64,000 nucleotides of DNA from the NCBI GenBank assembly GCA_039803205.1, contig JBDRYB010000004.1, forward strand, positions 64,001 through 128,000. The letters are read 5' to 3'. Below the pieces are notes generated by a model. That model searched no databases, had not been told where the DNA came from, and saw only the letters and a list, made by a program, of their open reading frames with translations. Shown piece by piece: positions 38,259 through 48,351 of this stretch. This DNA is from a candidate division WOR-3 bacterium. GTDB taxonomy: Bacteria > Hydrothermota > Hydrothermia > JBDRYB01. Position 1 is the first letter of the stretch. Every line of letters starts with the position of its first letter. A program made the translations under genes and the position numbers.

Positions 38259-39899
38259 ATGGAAGGCTTTTTTGCCATACTCATCTTAAATCAGGCTCCG
38301 GAGCTTGTCCCCCCGCAGAACCTCATGGTGGGAGTGAGGTCTGATGGCTACTGGATACTCTGGGAGCCATCCCCAACCGATTCCCTGATCACGAGATACG
38401 AGGTTTTCAGGGACGGCCAGTTCATAGGACGGGCAGGCATAGGGAAGTATGAGTTCGTAGACAAAGGCGTCTCAGGCCCCCACACATACTTTGTGAGAGC
38501 GGTAGGAGGCTCTAGATACCTGAAGGAGGTGGAAATCTGGGGAATGAGACTCCCCCTTCTCTTTTGGAAAGAGGAGGGCTACGCTGAGACGAAACCCATA
38601 ACGATAGCGCCCCTACCCGGTTTCACGGCATCCTATGAGTGGCAAGGCTTTGGCTTTGGAGGATACAGGCTTGAGTGGGGGTTCAGGCCCCAGGGATTCG
38701 TTGAGGTCCTGAGAAAAGGGGCTGTCATAGTCACCCTTCCGCCGGGAACACAGAGCTACACCGATCCTTCTGCAACCCTGGGCCAGGCGGATTACACGGT
38801 CAGAGATGTCAACTCCGGCATGGAAATTAAGCCAAACATAAGGGCGAGGTGGTTCGCTGTGCACTTCCGAGGCGTGAAGGTTTCGTGGAATCAGGTTGAT
38901 CAAGGTTTTACCCTAATGAGGTCATCGGAGACCAGAGAGCAGGACATGAAGACCGTGGATCGCACCCCTCCTGAGCCAATAGCGCAGATAAAGCCCGGGG
39001 AATCCACCTTCACGGATCGCGGAGCATCGGGGGAAATAGCCGCTCTCCTGAGAAGCAGATCCCCCATGAGCACATACCGTTATTACCTCGTATCAGAGGA
39101 CGGGTCTAGGGTCTTCTTCTCAGAGCCAGTAAGGCCTCAGCCCTTCAACTTCATGAAGCTCCCTGTCCTCATATTTGACATCCTTTTCGCTTGCGTTTTC
39201 TTCGGTTTTCTCTTCGCGGCGAAGCAGGGGAAACGCATGTTCATAAGGAAGATAGCCGGACTTGAGGAGCTTGATAACGCGGTTGGACGCTCAACGGAGA
39301 TGGGGAGGCCTATTGTATATGTGCCTGGCATAGGCACGATAGCTGACATAGAGACAATAGCCTCCTTGACCATACTCAAGCATGTGGCGAAGAAGGCCGC
39401 AGAGTATGAGACTGTGGTCATAATGCCTAACTTTGACCCAATGGTCACAGCCGCGGCCAAAGAGGTGATAAAGGAGGCATACACCGAGGCGGGAAGGCCA
39501 GACCTTTACAACGAGGATAATGTTTTCTATGTCGCTAGCCAGCAGTTCGCGTTCGCTGGCGCGGTGAGCGGGCTTATCGTTAGGGAGAAGCCAGGCGCTA
39601 CTTTTCTGATAGGTTATTATGCCGCGGAATCCCTTGTTATCGCTGAGGCAGGCTATTCGGTTGGAGCAATACAGGTTGCAGGAACAGCGTCTGTCCTCCA
39701 GACCCCGTTCTTCCTCGCCGCTTGCGACTATGTCCTTATTGGAGAGGAGGAATACGCGGCCTCAGCATACCTATCGCACAACGCCCTACAGATGGCAACC
39801 CTAAAGGCAGAGGATGTCTTCAAGGCTACCTTCGTGAGCTTTATAGTTCTTTTCAGCTTGCTGGTGAGCCTTGGCGTTTCCTTTATTTTCTTGAGTTAA
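38259..39899 (+). CDS. Multi-FN3 + DUF6754-like membrane protein (paralog)
   Basis: FN3-like repeats; IRKIAGLEELDNAVGRSTEMGRP...CDYVLIGEEEYAASAYL. Confidence 0.7.
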   Translation: MEGFFAILILNQAPELVPPQNLMVGVRSDGYWILWEPSPTDSLITRYEVFRDGQFIGRAGIGKYEFVDKGVSGPHTYFVRAVGGSRYLKEVEIWGMRLPLLFWKEEGYAETKPITIAPLPGFTASYEWQGFGFGGYRLEWGFRPQGFVEVLRKGAVIVTLPPGTQSYTDPSATLGQADYTVRDVNSGMEIKPNIRARWFAVHFRGVKVSWNQVDQGFTLMRSSETREQDMKTVDRTPPEPIAQIKPGESTFTDRGASGEIAALLRSRSPMSTYRYYLVSEDGSRVFFSEPVRPQPFNFMKLPVLIFDILFACVFFGFLFAAKQGKRMFIRKIAGLEELDNAVGRSTEMGRPIVYVPGIGTIADIETIASLTILKHVAKKAAEYETVVIMPNFDPMVTAAAKEVIKEAYTEAGRPDLYNEDNVFYVASQQFAFAGAVSGLIVREKPGATFLIGYYAAESLVIAEAGYSVGAIQVAGTASVLQTPFFLAACDYVLIGEEEYAASAYLSHNALQMATLKAEDVFKATFVSFIVLFSLLVSLGVSFIFLS

Positions 39900-39911
39900 G
39901 GAGAGAGAAAT

Positions 39912-40724
39912 ATGTTTAGAGCACCGGTTTGGCTCGTTTTCATAGCGGGGCTTTTCATGGCTTCGGCCTTTTTCATCCCCGTAGACCCGTTCCCCATGAT
40001 GCAGACCTGGGCCCTTAAGTGGGATGTCATAGTTAGCGCGTTCGCTCTGGTTGTCGGTATAGACTCCCTGGTCATGCATCACATCCGCAGGGTCCAGCGC
40101 AGGCAGAATGTCCTTTACTCAGGCACCCTGCTGGTTGGTTTCTGGGTCACTATAGCCTGGGGAGCCTTCGCCTGGTGGAGATACGGAGGGCCTTTTGCTA
40201 CCCAGTCAACATTCCTCTGGCTCTTCCGCTACATCGTCGTTCCAATGGATGCCACGATGTTCTCCCTGCTCGCGTTCTTCATAGCATCAGCCGCATACAG
40301 GGCTTTCAGGGCGCGGAACTTCTCGTCCTCACTTCTCCTTCTGTCAGCCGGGATCGTAATGCTCGGCCGGGTTCCTTTTGGCGATTGGGCCGCGGCTCCT
40401 ATTTTCACCGCCTTCGCGCTCCTCCTGGCCTTCTATTTCCTCAGGGTCTTCAGGCAATACGAGGGCTGGGGAAGGGGCATCAGGCTCGTGGTTGGAATAG
40501 CATTTCTCGCGGTTGGCATCGTTCTCCTATGGCCTGTTTGGCTGAATGGGCAGATATTCCCCGCTTTCCGGTTCGTGGTTCACCACATACAGGGCCTCGC
40601 GGGCTGGATAATGGAGGTCCCGCAGATGGCCGCGCGAAGGGGGATTGACCTCGGAATATCTCTCGGTTCCCTCGCTTTCGCGCTCAGGGTTCTCGTCGGA
40701 ATAGAAAGGGGGTATATGAGATGA
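39912..40724 (+). CDS. Conserved integral membrane protein
   Basis: About 7 TM; ATMFSLLAFFIASAAYRAFR, LGIERGY-type C-terminus. Confidence 0.7.
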   Translation: MFRAPVWLVFIAGLFMASAFFIPVDPFPMMQTWALKWDVIVSAFALVVGIDSLVMHHIRRVQRRQNVLYSGTLLVGFWVTIAWGAFAWWRYGGPFATQSTFLWLFRYIVVPMDATMFSLLAFFIASAAYRAFRARNFSSSLLLLSAGIVMLGRVPFGDWAAAPIFTAFALLLAFYFLRVFRQYEGWGRGIRLVVGIAFLAVGIVLLWPVWLNGQIFPAFRFVVHHIQGLAGWIMEVPQMAARRGIDLGISLGSLAFALRVLVGIERGYMR

Positions 40725-41602
40725 GATTCCTGTACATTTTGACCACCATAGACAGGCGAATAATCTATGCCCTGGTGTTTCTGGCAACCGCACTCCCATT
40801 CCTCTTCAAGAAATCCCCAGATGTCCAGATAACACCTGAGGTTGAAAGGGTTTACCGGTTCATAGACAGGCTTCCGGCTGGCTCAAGAATAGTTATCTCC
40901 GCTGACTACGGGCCTTCATCCATGCCGGAGATACAGCCCATGCTCTACGCGATATGCAAACACGCTTTCACGAAAGGGCACAAGGTATATCTTCTTACCC
41001 ACTGGACCTATCAGGGCCTCATTGCTGGTCAGGACGGAATAATGAGCGCTGTGAGGGACTTCAACAGGGAGATAAAGGAAGGCAAGCATCCGGAGAGAAC
41101 CGACACCCTCATAGAAGGGGTTGACTATGTTTCTTGGGGATTCAGGCCTGGCGGGATGGCCGTGATGCTTCTCATGAACTCTGACATAAGGATGGCCTTC
41201 TCCCGTGATGTGAGGGGCATACTCCTTGATAGCCTTCCGGCAATGCAGGGCTTCAGGAACCTCAGAGACCTCGGCACGGTTGAGAATCCAAAGGGCATAT
41301 TGATAGGGCTTGAAGCTGGTTTCACCGGCGATGTCTGGGTTGTATACGGCCAAGCTCAGGGGCGCTGGCCCATGGCCCTCGGTTCAACCGCTGTCGTCAC
41401 CCCATCATACTACACCTACCTTGAGGCTGGCCAGATAATCGGGATCCTCGGAGGTCTGAAGGGGGCCGCGGAATACGAGCAGTTGGCCGGATTCAAGGGC
41501 CAGGCCTCCATAGGAATGCTCTCCCAGAGCATAGTCCACATCCTCGTGGTTGTCCTCATCTTCCTGGGCAACCTGGGGTTTTTCCTGGCAAGGAGGAAGT
41601 GA
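40721..41602 (+). CDS. Conserved membrane-anchored alpha/beta protein
   Basis: IDRRIIY N-terminal TM, DYGPSSMPEIQPM, GILGGLKGAAEYE, C-terminal TM. Confidence 0.7.
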   Translation: MRFLYILTTIDRRIIYALVFLATALPFLFKKSPDVQITPEVERVYRFIDRLPAGSRIVISADYGPSSMPEIQPMLYAICKHAFTKGHKVYLLTHWTYQGLIAGQDGIMSAVRDFNREIKEGKHPERTDTLIEGVDYVSWGFRPGGMAVMLLMNSDIRMAFSRDVRGILLDSLPAMQGFRNLRDLGTVENPKGILIGLEAGFTGDVWVVYGQAQGRWPMALGSTAVVTPSYYTYLEAGQIIGILGGLKGAAEYEQLAGFKGQASIGMLSQSIVHILVVVLIFLGNLGFFLARRK

Positions 41603-41603
41603 G

Positions 41604-42260
41604 ATGAACATATGGGAACTAATAGGGATATGGTTGGCCGCGATTTTAACCTTCGCGGTTTTCTCTTTCCTATACCGGGATAACCCTGTCTACAAATGGG
41701 CAGAACATCTCTTCGTCGGGGTCTCGGCCGCTATAGGCGTTTATGCTACTCTGGATCAAGCAGTTGTGCCTGCTGTTCGGGAGGCCCTCGCATTCCCTGG
41801 GGTCTTCAAGCTCGTAACCTGGCTAGCTGTTGTGCTTGGCGCGTTGATCCTCTTCAAGCTCGAGATATTCGCCACATACCTCCCTAACCTGACCTTCCTC
41901 TCCAGGTATCCCATAGCGTTTGTTACTGGAATGGGGGTCGGCCTAACCCTCGTGAATGTGGTGAACGGGTATCTGTTCCCGCAGACGCAAGCGACATTCC
42001 TTCCCTTGTTTAACATCCAGGGCGCCAACTGGTTAACCATTCTGAACAACTGGATCATCGTCCTGGGCGTCGTGTTCGCGCTGATGTATTTCTTCTTTTC
42101 CGCGCAATACAAGGGAAGGCTGGGAATGGTTCTCAGGGTGGGCATAACCTTCCTAATGGTTGCCTTCGGCGCTATGTTCGGATACACGGTCATGGCAAGG
42201 CTATCCCTGCTCATAGGCCGGATATACTTCCTGCTTCACGACTGGCTACACCTAATATAG
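41604..42260 (+). CDS. Conserved integral membrane protein
   Basis: FSFLYRDNPVYKWAEHLFVGVSA, FGAMFGYTVMARLSLLIGR; about 6 TM. Confidence 0.7.
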   Translation: MNIWELIGIWLAAILTFAVFSFLYRDNPVYKWAEHLFVGVSAAIGVYATLDQAVVPAVREALAFPGVFKLVTWLAVVLGALILFKLEIFATYLPNLTFLSRYPIAFVTGMGVGLTLVNVVNGYLFPQTQATFLPLFNIQGANWLTILNNWIIVLGVVFALMYFFFSAQYKGRLGMVLRVGITFLMVAFGAMFGYTVMARLSLLIGRIYFLLHDWLHLI

Positions 42261-42273
42261 CTGGATTGCGAGA

Positions 42274-42765
42274 ATGCGGCTGAAGCTCAGGTGGAAGAAC
42301 CTCGTCATCGCGGCCTCATTGTGGGCTGTGATAACCTCTCTGGACCAGCTCACCAAGTTCCTCATAACCAGAAACCTGAGGGCGTATGTGGATTATCCTG
42401 TTCTCGGCAACTTCTTCAAGCTGACCCTCGTTTATAACAAGGGGATCCTGTTCGGGATAAACCTCTTCCCGTCTGACTGGGGGCCGATCCTATATCCGAT
42501 CGTGATGATCGCCATTATGATACTTGTCCTCGTCTCGCTTGGTCTTGAGGGGAGATGGCCAAACACCGTAGCATACGGAATGATCCTCGGAGGAGCGCTT
42601 GGCAATCTGATAGACCGGTTTAGGATAGGCAGGGTCGTTGATTTCTTGAACTTTGGGATAGGGGAGCTACGGTGGCCATACTTCAATATCGCTGACAGCG
42701 CGATAGTCTGCGGGATGATAACTCTTATTGTCTTCTCGTTCTTCAGGAAAAAGGGTGCGGAATAG
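42274..42765 (+). CDS. lspA: Lipoprotein signal peptidase II
   Basis: DQLTK, N.G..FG, GGALGNLIDR, VVDF, FNIADS. Confidence 0.95.
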   Translation: MRLKLRWKNLVIAASLWAVITSLDQLTKFLITRNLRAYVDYPVLGNFFKLTLVYNKGILFGINLFPSDWGPILYPIVMIAIMILVLVSLGLEGRWPNTVAYGMILGGALGNLIDRFRIGRVVDFLNFGIGELRWPYFNIADSAIVCGMITLIVFSFFRKKGAE

Positions 42766-42774
42766 GTTGGTCGT

Positions 42775-42826
42775 GCCCCAGGCGCAGGGGCCTGGGGCTA
42801 ACCGGCGCAGGGGCCTGGGGCTAACC
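42775..42826. repeat. GC-rich hairpin with 23-bp tandem duplication between convergent lspA and rho
   Basis: GGCGCAGGGGCCTGGGGCTAACC twice (42781-42826); hairpin GCCCCAGGC-N6-GCCTGGGGC. Confidence 0.75.
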
Positions 42827-42836
42827 GGGAAACCCG

Positions 42837-44105
42837 TTAGAACTTTCCCTCCGTGAGCATCTTGAGGAAATCAGCGTTTGTCTTTGTTAGCCTCATCTTT
42901 TCCTGAAGGTACTCCATCGCGTCCGAGGGCTCGAGGTCCGATATGACCTTGCGCATGAGCCAAACCTTCTGAAGGGTGTCGGCTGGGAGGAGCAGTTCCT
43001 CTCGCCTCGTGTAGGATTTTATGAGGTCAATGGCGGGATATATCCGCTTGTCAGCCATGTGCCTGTCAAGGTCCATCTCCATGTTTCCGGTCCCCTTGAA
43101 TTCCTCAAATATGACATCGTCCATCCTACTGCCGGTCTCTATCAGAGCGGTCGCTATGATGGTCAATGAGCCGCCCGACTCTATGTTCCTGGCTGAACCG
43201 AAGAACTTTTTGGGCTTGACGAGGGCTGTGGCATCAAGGCCGCCGGAGAGGGTCCTTCCTGAGTGAGGCGCGACGGCATTGTGAGCCCTGGACATCCTGG
43301 TTATGGAGTCAAGGAGTATTGCTACATCCTTGCCCATCTCAACGAGGCGCTTTGCCCTCTCGAGGGTTATGTCTGAGACATAGACATGGCGGTCTGGGGG
43401 CATGTCAAATGTTGAGGAGACTATCTCAGCATCAACCAAGCGCTCCATCTCCGTGACCTCCTCTGGCCTCTCGTCTATGAGTAGGATGATGAGGTGAACA
43501 TCGGGATAATTTGCTCTTATGGACTGGGCTATCTTCTGGAGGAGGACGGTCTTGCCCGCTCTTGGCGGGGAAACTATCAAGCCTCTCTGGCCCTTGCCAA
43601 TGGGGACAAAGAGGTCAAGTATCCTCATGGAGAGGTCAGTGTCCCCGGAATCCGGCCTCTCCAGGATCATCCTTTCAGTGGGATAGTAAGGGACCAGCTT
43701 CTCAAACTCGGGCCTCTGGGTAGGAAATTCCTCCGGGGAGAAGCCGTGAACGCTCTCAAGCCTTATCAGGGAAGGGAATCGTTCCTTCTCCTTGGGTGGC
43801 CTCGCGTATCCCACTATATAGTCTCCGCGCCTCAGTCCCAGCCTCTTGATTATGTTGGGTGAGACATAGACATCTGAGGGGCTCGGAGCATAACCGTGTT
43901 CCAAGAACCTTAGGAAGCCGTAGCCGTCCTTGTGTATATCAAGAACCCCCTCTTTGCGGAAGAGCCCTTCCCTCTCAGCGGTTTGGTTTGTTATGTGCTG
44001 TATGAGCTCGGCCTTCTTTAACGAGGAGTAATTGGGTATCCCAAGCTCCTTTGCTATCTCGTATAGCTCGGCGAGCTTCTTTGTCTTAAGCTCCTCTATG
44101 TTCAT
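42837..44105 (-). CDS. rho: Transcription termination factor Rho
   Basis: DGYGFLR, GKGQRGLIVSPPRAGKT, DERPEEVT, FKGTGNME. Confidence 0.98.
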   Translation of the reverse strand: MNIEELKTKKLAELYEIAKELGIPNYSSLKKAELIQHITNQTAEREGLFRKEGVLDIHKDGYGFLRFLEHGYAPSPSDVYVSPNIIKRLGLRRGDYIVGYARPPKEKERFPSLIRLESVHGFSPEEFPTQRPEFEKLVPYYPTERMILERPDSGDTDLSMRILDLFVPIGKGQRGLIVSPPRAGKTVLLQKIAQSIRANYPDVHLIILLIDERPEEVTEMERLVDAEIVSSTFDMPPDRHVYVSDITLERAKRLVEMGKDVAILLDSITRMSRAHNAVAPHSGRTLSGGLDATALVKPKKFFGSARNIESGGSLTIIATALIETGSRMDDVIFEEFKGTGNMEMDLDRHMADKRIYPAIDLIKSYTRREELLLPADTLQKVWLMRKVISDLEPSDAMEYLQEKMRLTKTNADFLKMLTEGKF

Positions 44106-44150
44106 ATTTACCTCCCGTAAAAGGTGCCCTGAAAAAAGCGACCAGGGGGT

Positions 44151-44807
44151 TCATAGCATCCTCATCCCGTTTATCCATACCTGGAAGGAAGCCGAGAGCG
44201 CCCTCGCGGCCCTTTCGGCTATGTGTATCCTCGGCGTGAAGATCTCAAAGTATTCCATGACGGGGCTTATCTCGGTATCTATCTCTATCCTGTAAGATAT
44301 AACTCTAGCGGCAGGGTCCACTTCTATAGTGCTGTCAGTTGCCGCGAAATTGACCCTGTCGTGTATATCGTGTTCTATATCATACGCGACCACCCTCGAT
44401 CTGTGGACATCAGCCTTATCGGCGAGGATGACGGCCGCTGTTATTGCTGTCACGGGTTCCCCGGTCTCCTCGTGGTGGTTGCCTATGGCAGTGGCAACAT
44501 CAAGGGCGTCCTGGAACGGCATTCCCATCCCGGTGAGATAAGTCAAGGCGAGGATGGCCCCGGTCTGCTCGTGCTGGTTGCGGTTTACAGCTGAGCCGAT
44601 ATCGTGTAGGTATCCGGCTATCTCCGCGAGCCCAACATCCCTCTCAGGATACCCCAGATTCCTCATTATCTTGCCAGCATCCTCCGATACCTTTGACATG
44701 TGCCTTTCCCCGTGCTCCGTGTATCCCAGCTTGACAAGGGCCTCCTGTGCCCTTGATATGAGCATGGTTATCCTATGGTCCCTTTTAAGGTCTTCTACGG
44801 TTATCAT
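44151..44807 (-). CDS. HD-domain phosphohydrolase
   Basis: TEHG.RH, LHDIG, NHHE, ADKADVHRSRV. Confidence 0.85.
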   Translation of the reverse strand: MITVEDLKRDHRITMLISRAQEALVKLGYTEHGERHMSKVSEDAGKIMRNLGYPERDVGLAEIAGYLHDIGSAVNRNQHEQTGAILALTYLTGMGMPFQDALDVATAIGNHHEETGEPVTAITAAVILADKADVHRSRVVAYDIEHDIHDRVNFAATDSTIEVDPAARVISYRIEIDTEISPVMEYFEIFTPRIHIAERAARALSASFQVWINGMRML

Positions 44808-44822
44808 AAATAAGACTAGAAC

Positions 44823-45539
44823 CTATAGGGCAAAAAGCCCCTCTTCCTCTACAACGGTTCCCACAACCACATAGTCTGCCCCTGCCCCGAACGCGGCCTC
44901 AGCGGCCTCCTTTGTCCTTATGCCACCGCCAACCAGGAGGGGAAGGGTCGTTTCGGCCCTCGCGGCTTTTATCATCCCAGGCGGAACCGGCTTAGGCGCA
45001 CCTGAGCCCGCCTCAAGATATATCGCCTTGAAACCCAGAAGACAAGCGGCCATGATGTGCGCAACGAGTATATCAATCTTATCCCTCGGAATGGGCTTTG
45101 TGCCGGACATAAATTCTACAGCTGTCTGAGCCCCGGATTCAACCAGTATGTAAGCCGTGGTCACAACGGATAACCCCATTCTCTTTATGTGCGGAGCGGC
45201 CCGGACATGCTCCCCTATGAGGAACTCGGGGTTCCTACCCGATATCAGAGACAGAAGAAGGATGCCGTCAGCCTCGGGCGAAAGCTGGGTTGAGTTGCCG
45301 GGGAAAATTATGACGGGTTTCGCGAAGTTTCGCTTGAGCTCCCTTACGAACCCTGAGAAATCCTCTGAGAGCATGAGGCTCGTGCCAGCCAAAACCGCCT
45401 TTACCCTCTCGTCAGGATTGATTCTCTCCGCAAGACGCGGTATGTCCTCCCTGGGAAGACGGTCAGGGTCTAGGAGCACGAAGAATCCCTTGTCCCTATC
45501 TTCCGAAAAGAGTCTCCTTAAGGTATCTGAAAAGGGCAT
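44823..45539 (-). CDS. Geranylgeranylglyceryl phosphate (GGGP) synthase, group II / PcrB family
   Basis: LLDPD, IFPG, LSLISGRNPEFLIG, TAYILVESG, YLEAGSGA, VGGGIR. Confidence 0.9.
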   Translation of the reverse strand: MPFSDTLRRLFSEDRDKGFFVLLDPDRLPREDIPRLAERINPDERVKAVLAGTSLMLSEDFSGFVRELKRNFAKPVIIFPGNSTQLSPEADGILLLSLISGRNPEFLIGEHVRAAPHIKRMGLSVVTTAYILVESGAQTAVEFMSGTKPIPRDKIDILVAHIMAACLLGFKAIYLEAGSGAPKPVPPGMIKAARAETTLPLLVGGGIRTKEAAEAAFGAGADYVVVGTVVEEEGLFAL

Positions 45540-46716
45540 TTTTCCCTTTTTTTAGGGCAAAGGCCGCGAGCCCGGGCGCGCCTGAGAGTATCATGCGGCC
45601 GATATATATAGAATCAACGCTTTCAAGGCTCTTTTCGTGGAAAAGGGGCTTCAGCTGGCCGAATAGGTAATCCAGATCCCGATCCGTGAAATCAAAATAT
45701 GCCTCACGGAGGCTGTATGAGAGCTCGTAGGACTTCCTGTCAGCCTCAGACCAGTATCTCTTTGGATACTCTGCCAGGTTCTTTTCCGAGAGGTCATCCT
45801 CCAGGAGCGCCCTCGCGCCCACCTGGCCGGCTATCGTTCCAGAAAGGAGGGCGGGGCCTATTCCACCCCCGGTTATCGGGTCAGCGAGCCTCGCGGCATC
45901 GCCGACGACCATCACCCTATCTCCATAGGGCCTGAGCCTGTGGCCGCCGGTCGGAACAACGGCCAGGATCCGAGAGAGCCTCTTCCCACGAGGAAAATAT
46001 CTGGCCAAGAAGGTCTCAAGATAAGGCAGGGGATCAACCCTGGCCCCTCTATCAGCAACACCGACCCCAGCGTTGGCGAGCCCGTCTCTTTTCGTGAAAA
46101 GCCAGGCATAGCCGTGAAGCCCTATATCAGAACCGGAGTATAGTCCGAGCCAATCCCCCGATATATCCCCATCGGAAAGGAGAACCTGCGCGGTGTAATG
46201 GACATCCGCATGGGAAACATCAACGGCCAACCCGAGGGCCTTTCCCACGGCGGACGCCGGGCCATCAGCGCCAATCACGAGCCTCGCCCTGACCCGTTCA
46301 TCCTTCCCCAAATGAACGAAGCTGAGCTCTATGTCATCCTTCGTTCTTCGGGCACCCGTGAACCTCGCTGACACGAGAAACTCAGCGCCAGCAGAAGCGG
46401 CCCGGACGGCCAGGTCCCTATCAAATATCCTCCTTTCCAGGATGTAGCCGACATGGCCTACATGAACATGGAAATAATCCCCTCCGGGGGAATAGACCCT
46501 CACATTCCTAACATGATTGGATATCCACCGGGGTTCGGGCTTCCATCCCAGGGCACCGAACCAGAAATCCGTTATACCCTCCGCGCAAGCTATCTCTCCA
46601 GCTACCTGGCGTTGGCGTTCCAGGACAAGAACCCTGAAGCCGCTCCTGGCGAGCTCATATGCGGCGCATGAGCCGCTAGGCCCAGCACCAACAACCACAG
46701 CGTCGTAGCGCTCCAT
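45496..46716 (-). CDS. Geranylgeranyl reductase, archaeal digeranylgeranylglycerophospholipid-reductase-like
   Basis: GAGPSG, CAEG, GYILERRIFDR.LA, IGADG, GYAWLF.K, GDAA...DPITGGGI. Confidence 0.85.
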   Translation of the reverse strand: MERYDAVVVGAGPSGSCAAYELARSGFRVLVLERQRQVAGEIACAEGITDFWFGALGWKPEPRWISNHVRNVRVYSPGGDYFHVHVGHVGYILERRIFDRDLAVRAASAGAEFLVSARFTGARRTKDDIELSFVHLGKDERVRARLVIGADGPASAVGKALGLAVDVSHADVHYTAQVLLSDGDISGDWLGLYSGSDIGLHGYAWLFTKRDGLANAGVGVADRGARVDPLPYLETFLARYFPRGKRLSRILAVVPTGGHRLRPYGDRVMVVGDAARLADPITGGGIGPALLSGTIAGQVGARALLEDDLSEKNLAEYPKRYWSEADRKSYELSYSLREAYFDFTDRDLDYLFGQLKPLFHEKSLESVDSIYIGRMILSGAPGLAAFALKKGKNALFRYLKETLFGR

Positions 46717-46724
46717 GAGGATTA

Positions 46725-47783
46725 TCAGGGGGAGAGTCCGGCTTTCTCCAGGATCTTAGCCCTTATTTCCCCAGCGATATCAGGGTGCTCCCTGAGGAAA
46801 TCCGCGGAGCGCTCCCTTCCCTGACCAAGCTGGGTATCCCCATATGTATACCACGAACCAGCCCTCTTTACTATGCCCTTATCAAGAGCAAGGTCAACCA
46901 GCTCAGCGAACTGATCTATGCCCTTCCCGTAGATGAGGTCAACCTGAGCGCTCTTGAATGGGGGCGCGACCTTGTTCTTCTGAACCTTGATCTTTAGGGT
47001 GTGGCCTATTGCCTCCTCGCCCTCCTTGATCTGGGCGGCCCTGCGAACCTCTATCCTCACTGAGGCGTAAAACTTGAGCGCGTTGCCTCCGGTGGTTACC
47101 TCCGGGTTCGCATACGGGCCAACGCCTATTTTGTATCTTATCTGGTTTATGAATATTACCACCGATCCGCTCTTGCTCACGGCCCCGGCGAGCTTCCTGA
47201 GGGCCTTTGACATCAAGCGGGCCTGCGCTCCAACGGTCGTATCCTCCATGGCGCCCTCCAGCTCAGCTCTTGGAACCAGCGCCGCGACGGAATCAACAAC
47301 AAAGATGTCGATTCCGCCGGAGCGGATCATGGTCTCAAGTATGTCCAAAGCCTGCTCCCCATCATCCGGTTGTGAGACCCACAGGTTGTCAACATCAATT
47401 CCGAGAGCCTTCGCGTATCCGACATCCAAAGCGTGCTCCGCGTCTATGAACATGGCGGTCCCCCCCTGCTTCTGAGCCTCGGCTATTGCCAGGAGAGCGA
47501 CGGTCGTCTTACCGCTCATCTCAGGGCCGTATATCTCAACTATCCTTCCTCTGGGATACCCGCCAACCCCAAGGGCTATGTCAAGCGCGAGGGAACCCGA
47601 AGGTATGACAGGAACCTTCTCAACTGGTTTCCCGCCTATTATCTGCACCGCGCCCTTTCCGTAGTTCTTTTCTATGATCCTGAGAGCGGCTTCGAGCGCC
47701 TTGGCTTTTTCTGAGGGAGGTTCAGTCTGCTTTGGCTTCCCGGAAGCCTTTGTCCCCTCATCCTCGTGTTTTTCTTGTGTCAT
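46725..47783 (-). CDS. recA: Recombinase RecA
   Basis: [36 protein letters not shown]. Confidence 0.98.
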   Translation of the reverse strand: MTQEKHEDEGTKASGKPKQTEPPSEKAKALEAALRIIEKNYGKGAVQIIGGKPVEKVPVIPSGSLALDIALGVGGYPRGRIVEIYGPEMSGKTTVALLAIAEAQKQGGTAMFIDAEHALDVGYAKALGIDVDNLWVSQPDDGEQALDILETMIRSGGIDIFVVDSVAALVPRAELEGAMEDTTVGAQARLMSKALRKLAGAVSKSGSVVIFINQIRYKIGVGPYANPEVTTGGNALKFYASVRIEVRRAAQIKEGEEAIGHTLKIKVQKNKVAPPFKSAQVDLIYGKGIDQFAELVDLALDKGIVKRAGSWYTYGDTQLGQGRERSADFLREHPDIAGEIRAKILEKAGLSP

Positions 47784-48349
47784 GTCTCTTTCTCCTCGAT
47801 CTTTGGTGCCACCACCCCTTTCTGCTCCTGATACTTCCCCTTCCTGTCCTTGTATGATCGCCTCGTTATCTCGCTCGCTTCAATGAATATGAGCTGAGCT
47901 ATACCTTCCCCAGCGTAGACCTTTGCTGGGAGAGGGGTTGTGTTTGAGATCTCTATCGTCAAGTGGCCCTCCCACTCCGGCTCAAGTGGGGTTATGTTGA
48001 CCACTATGCCGCACCGGGCGTATGTGCTCTTTCCGAGGCATATTCCGAGGACATCCCTCGGCATTCTGAAGTATTCAACTGACCTCGCAAGGCAAAAAGA
48101 GTTCGGAGGAATGATGCACTCAGGTCCTCTGAAATCAACCAGGCTCCTAGGATCAAAATTCTTGGGGTCAACAACCGTATTCCAGACCTCAGTGAATATC
48201 TTGAACTCATCCGCTACCCTTATGTCATACCCATAGGAGGAAAGCCCATAGGAGATAACCCCGCGGGTGACCAGTTCTGGCACAAAAGGCTCAATCATGC
48301 CGTGTTTTAGGGCCATTTCCTCTATCCAGCGGTCGGATTTAAGCCCCAT
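47780..48349 (-). CDS. dcd: dCTP deaminase
   Basis: [28 protein letters not shown]. Confidence 0.95.
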   Translation of the reverse strand: MGLKSDRWIEEMALKHGMIEPFVPELVTRGVISYGLSSYGYDIRVADEFKIFTEVWNTVVDPKNFDPRSLVDFRGPECIIPPNSFCLARSVEYFRMPRDVLGICLGKSTYARCGIVVNITPLEPEWEGHLTIEISNTTPLPAKVYAGEGIAQLIFIEASEITRRSYKDRKGKYQEQKGVVAPKIEEKET

Positions 48350-48351
48350 AT

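Noticed and set aside
42781..42826. Direct repeats as a CRISPR array
   Set aside because: Only two adjacent copies, no spacer, no cas genes
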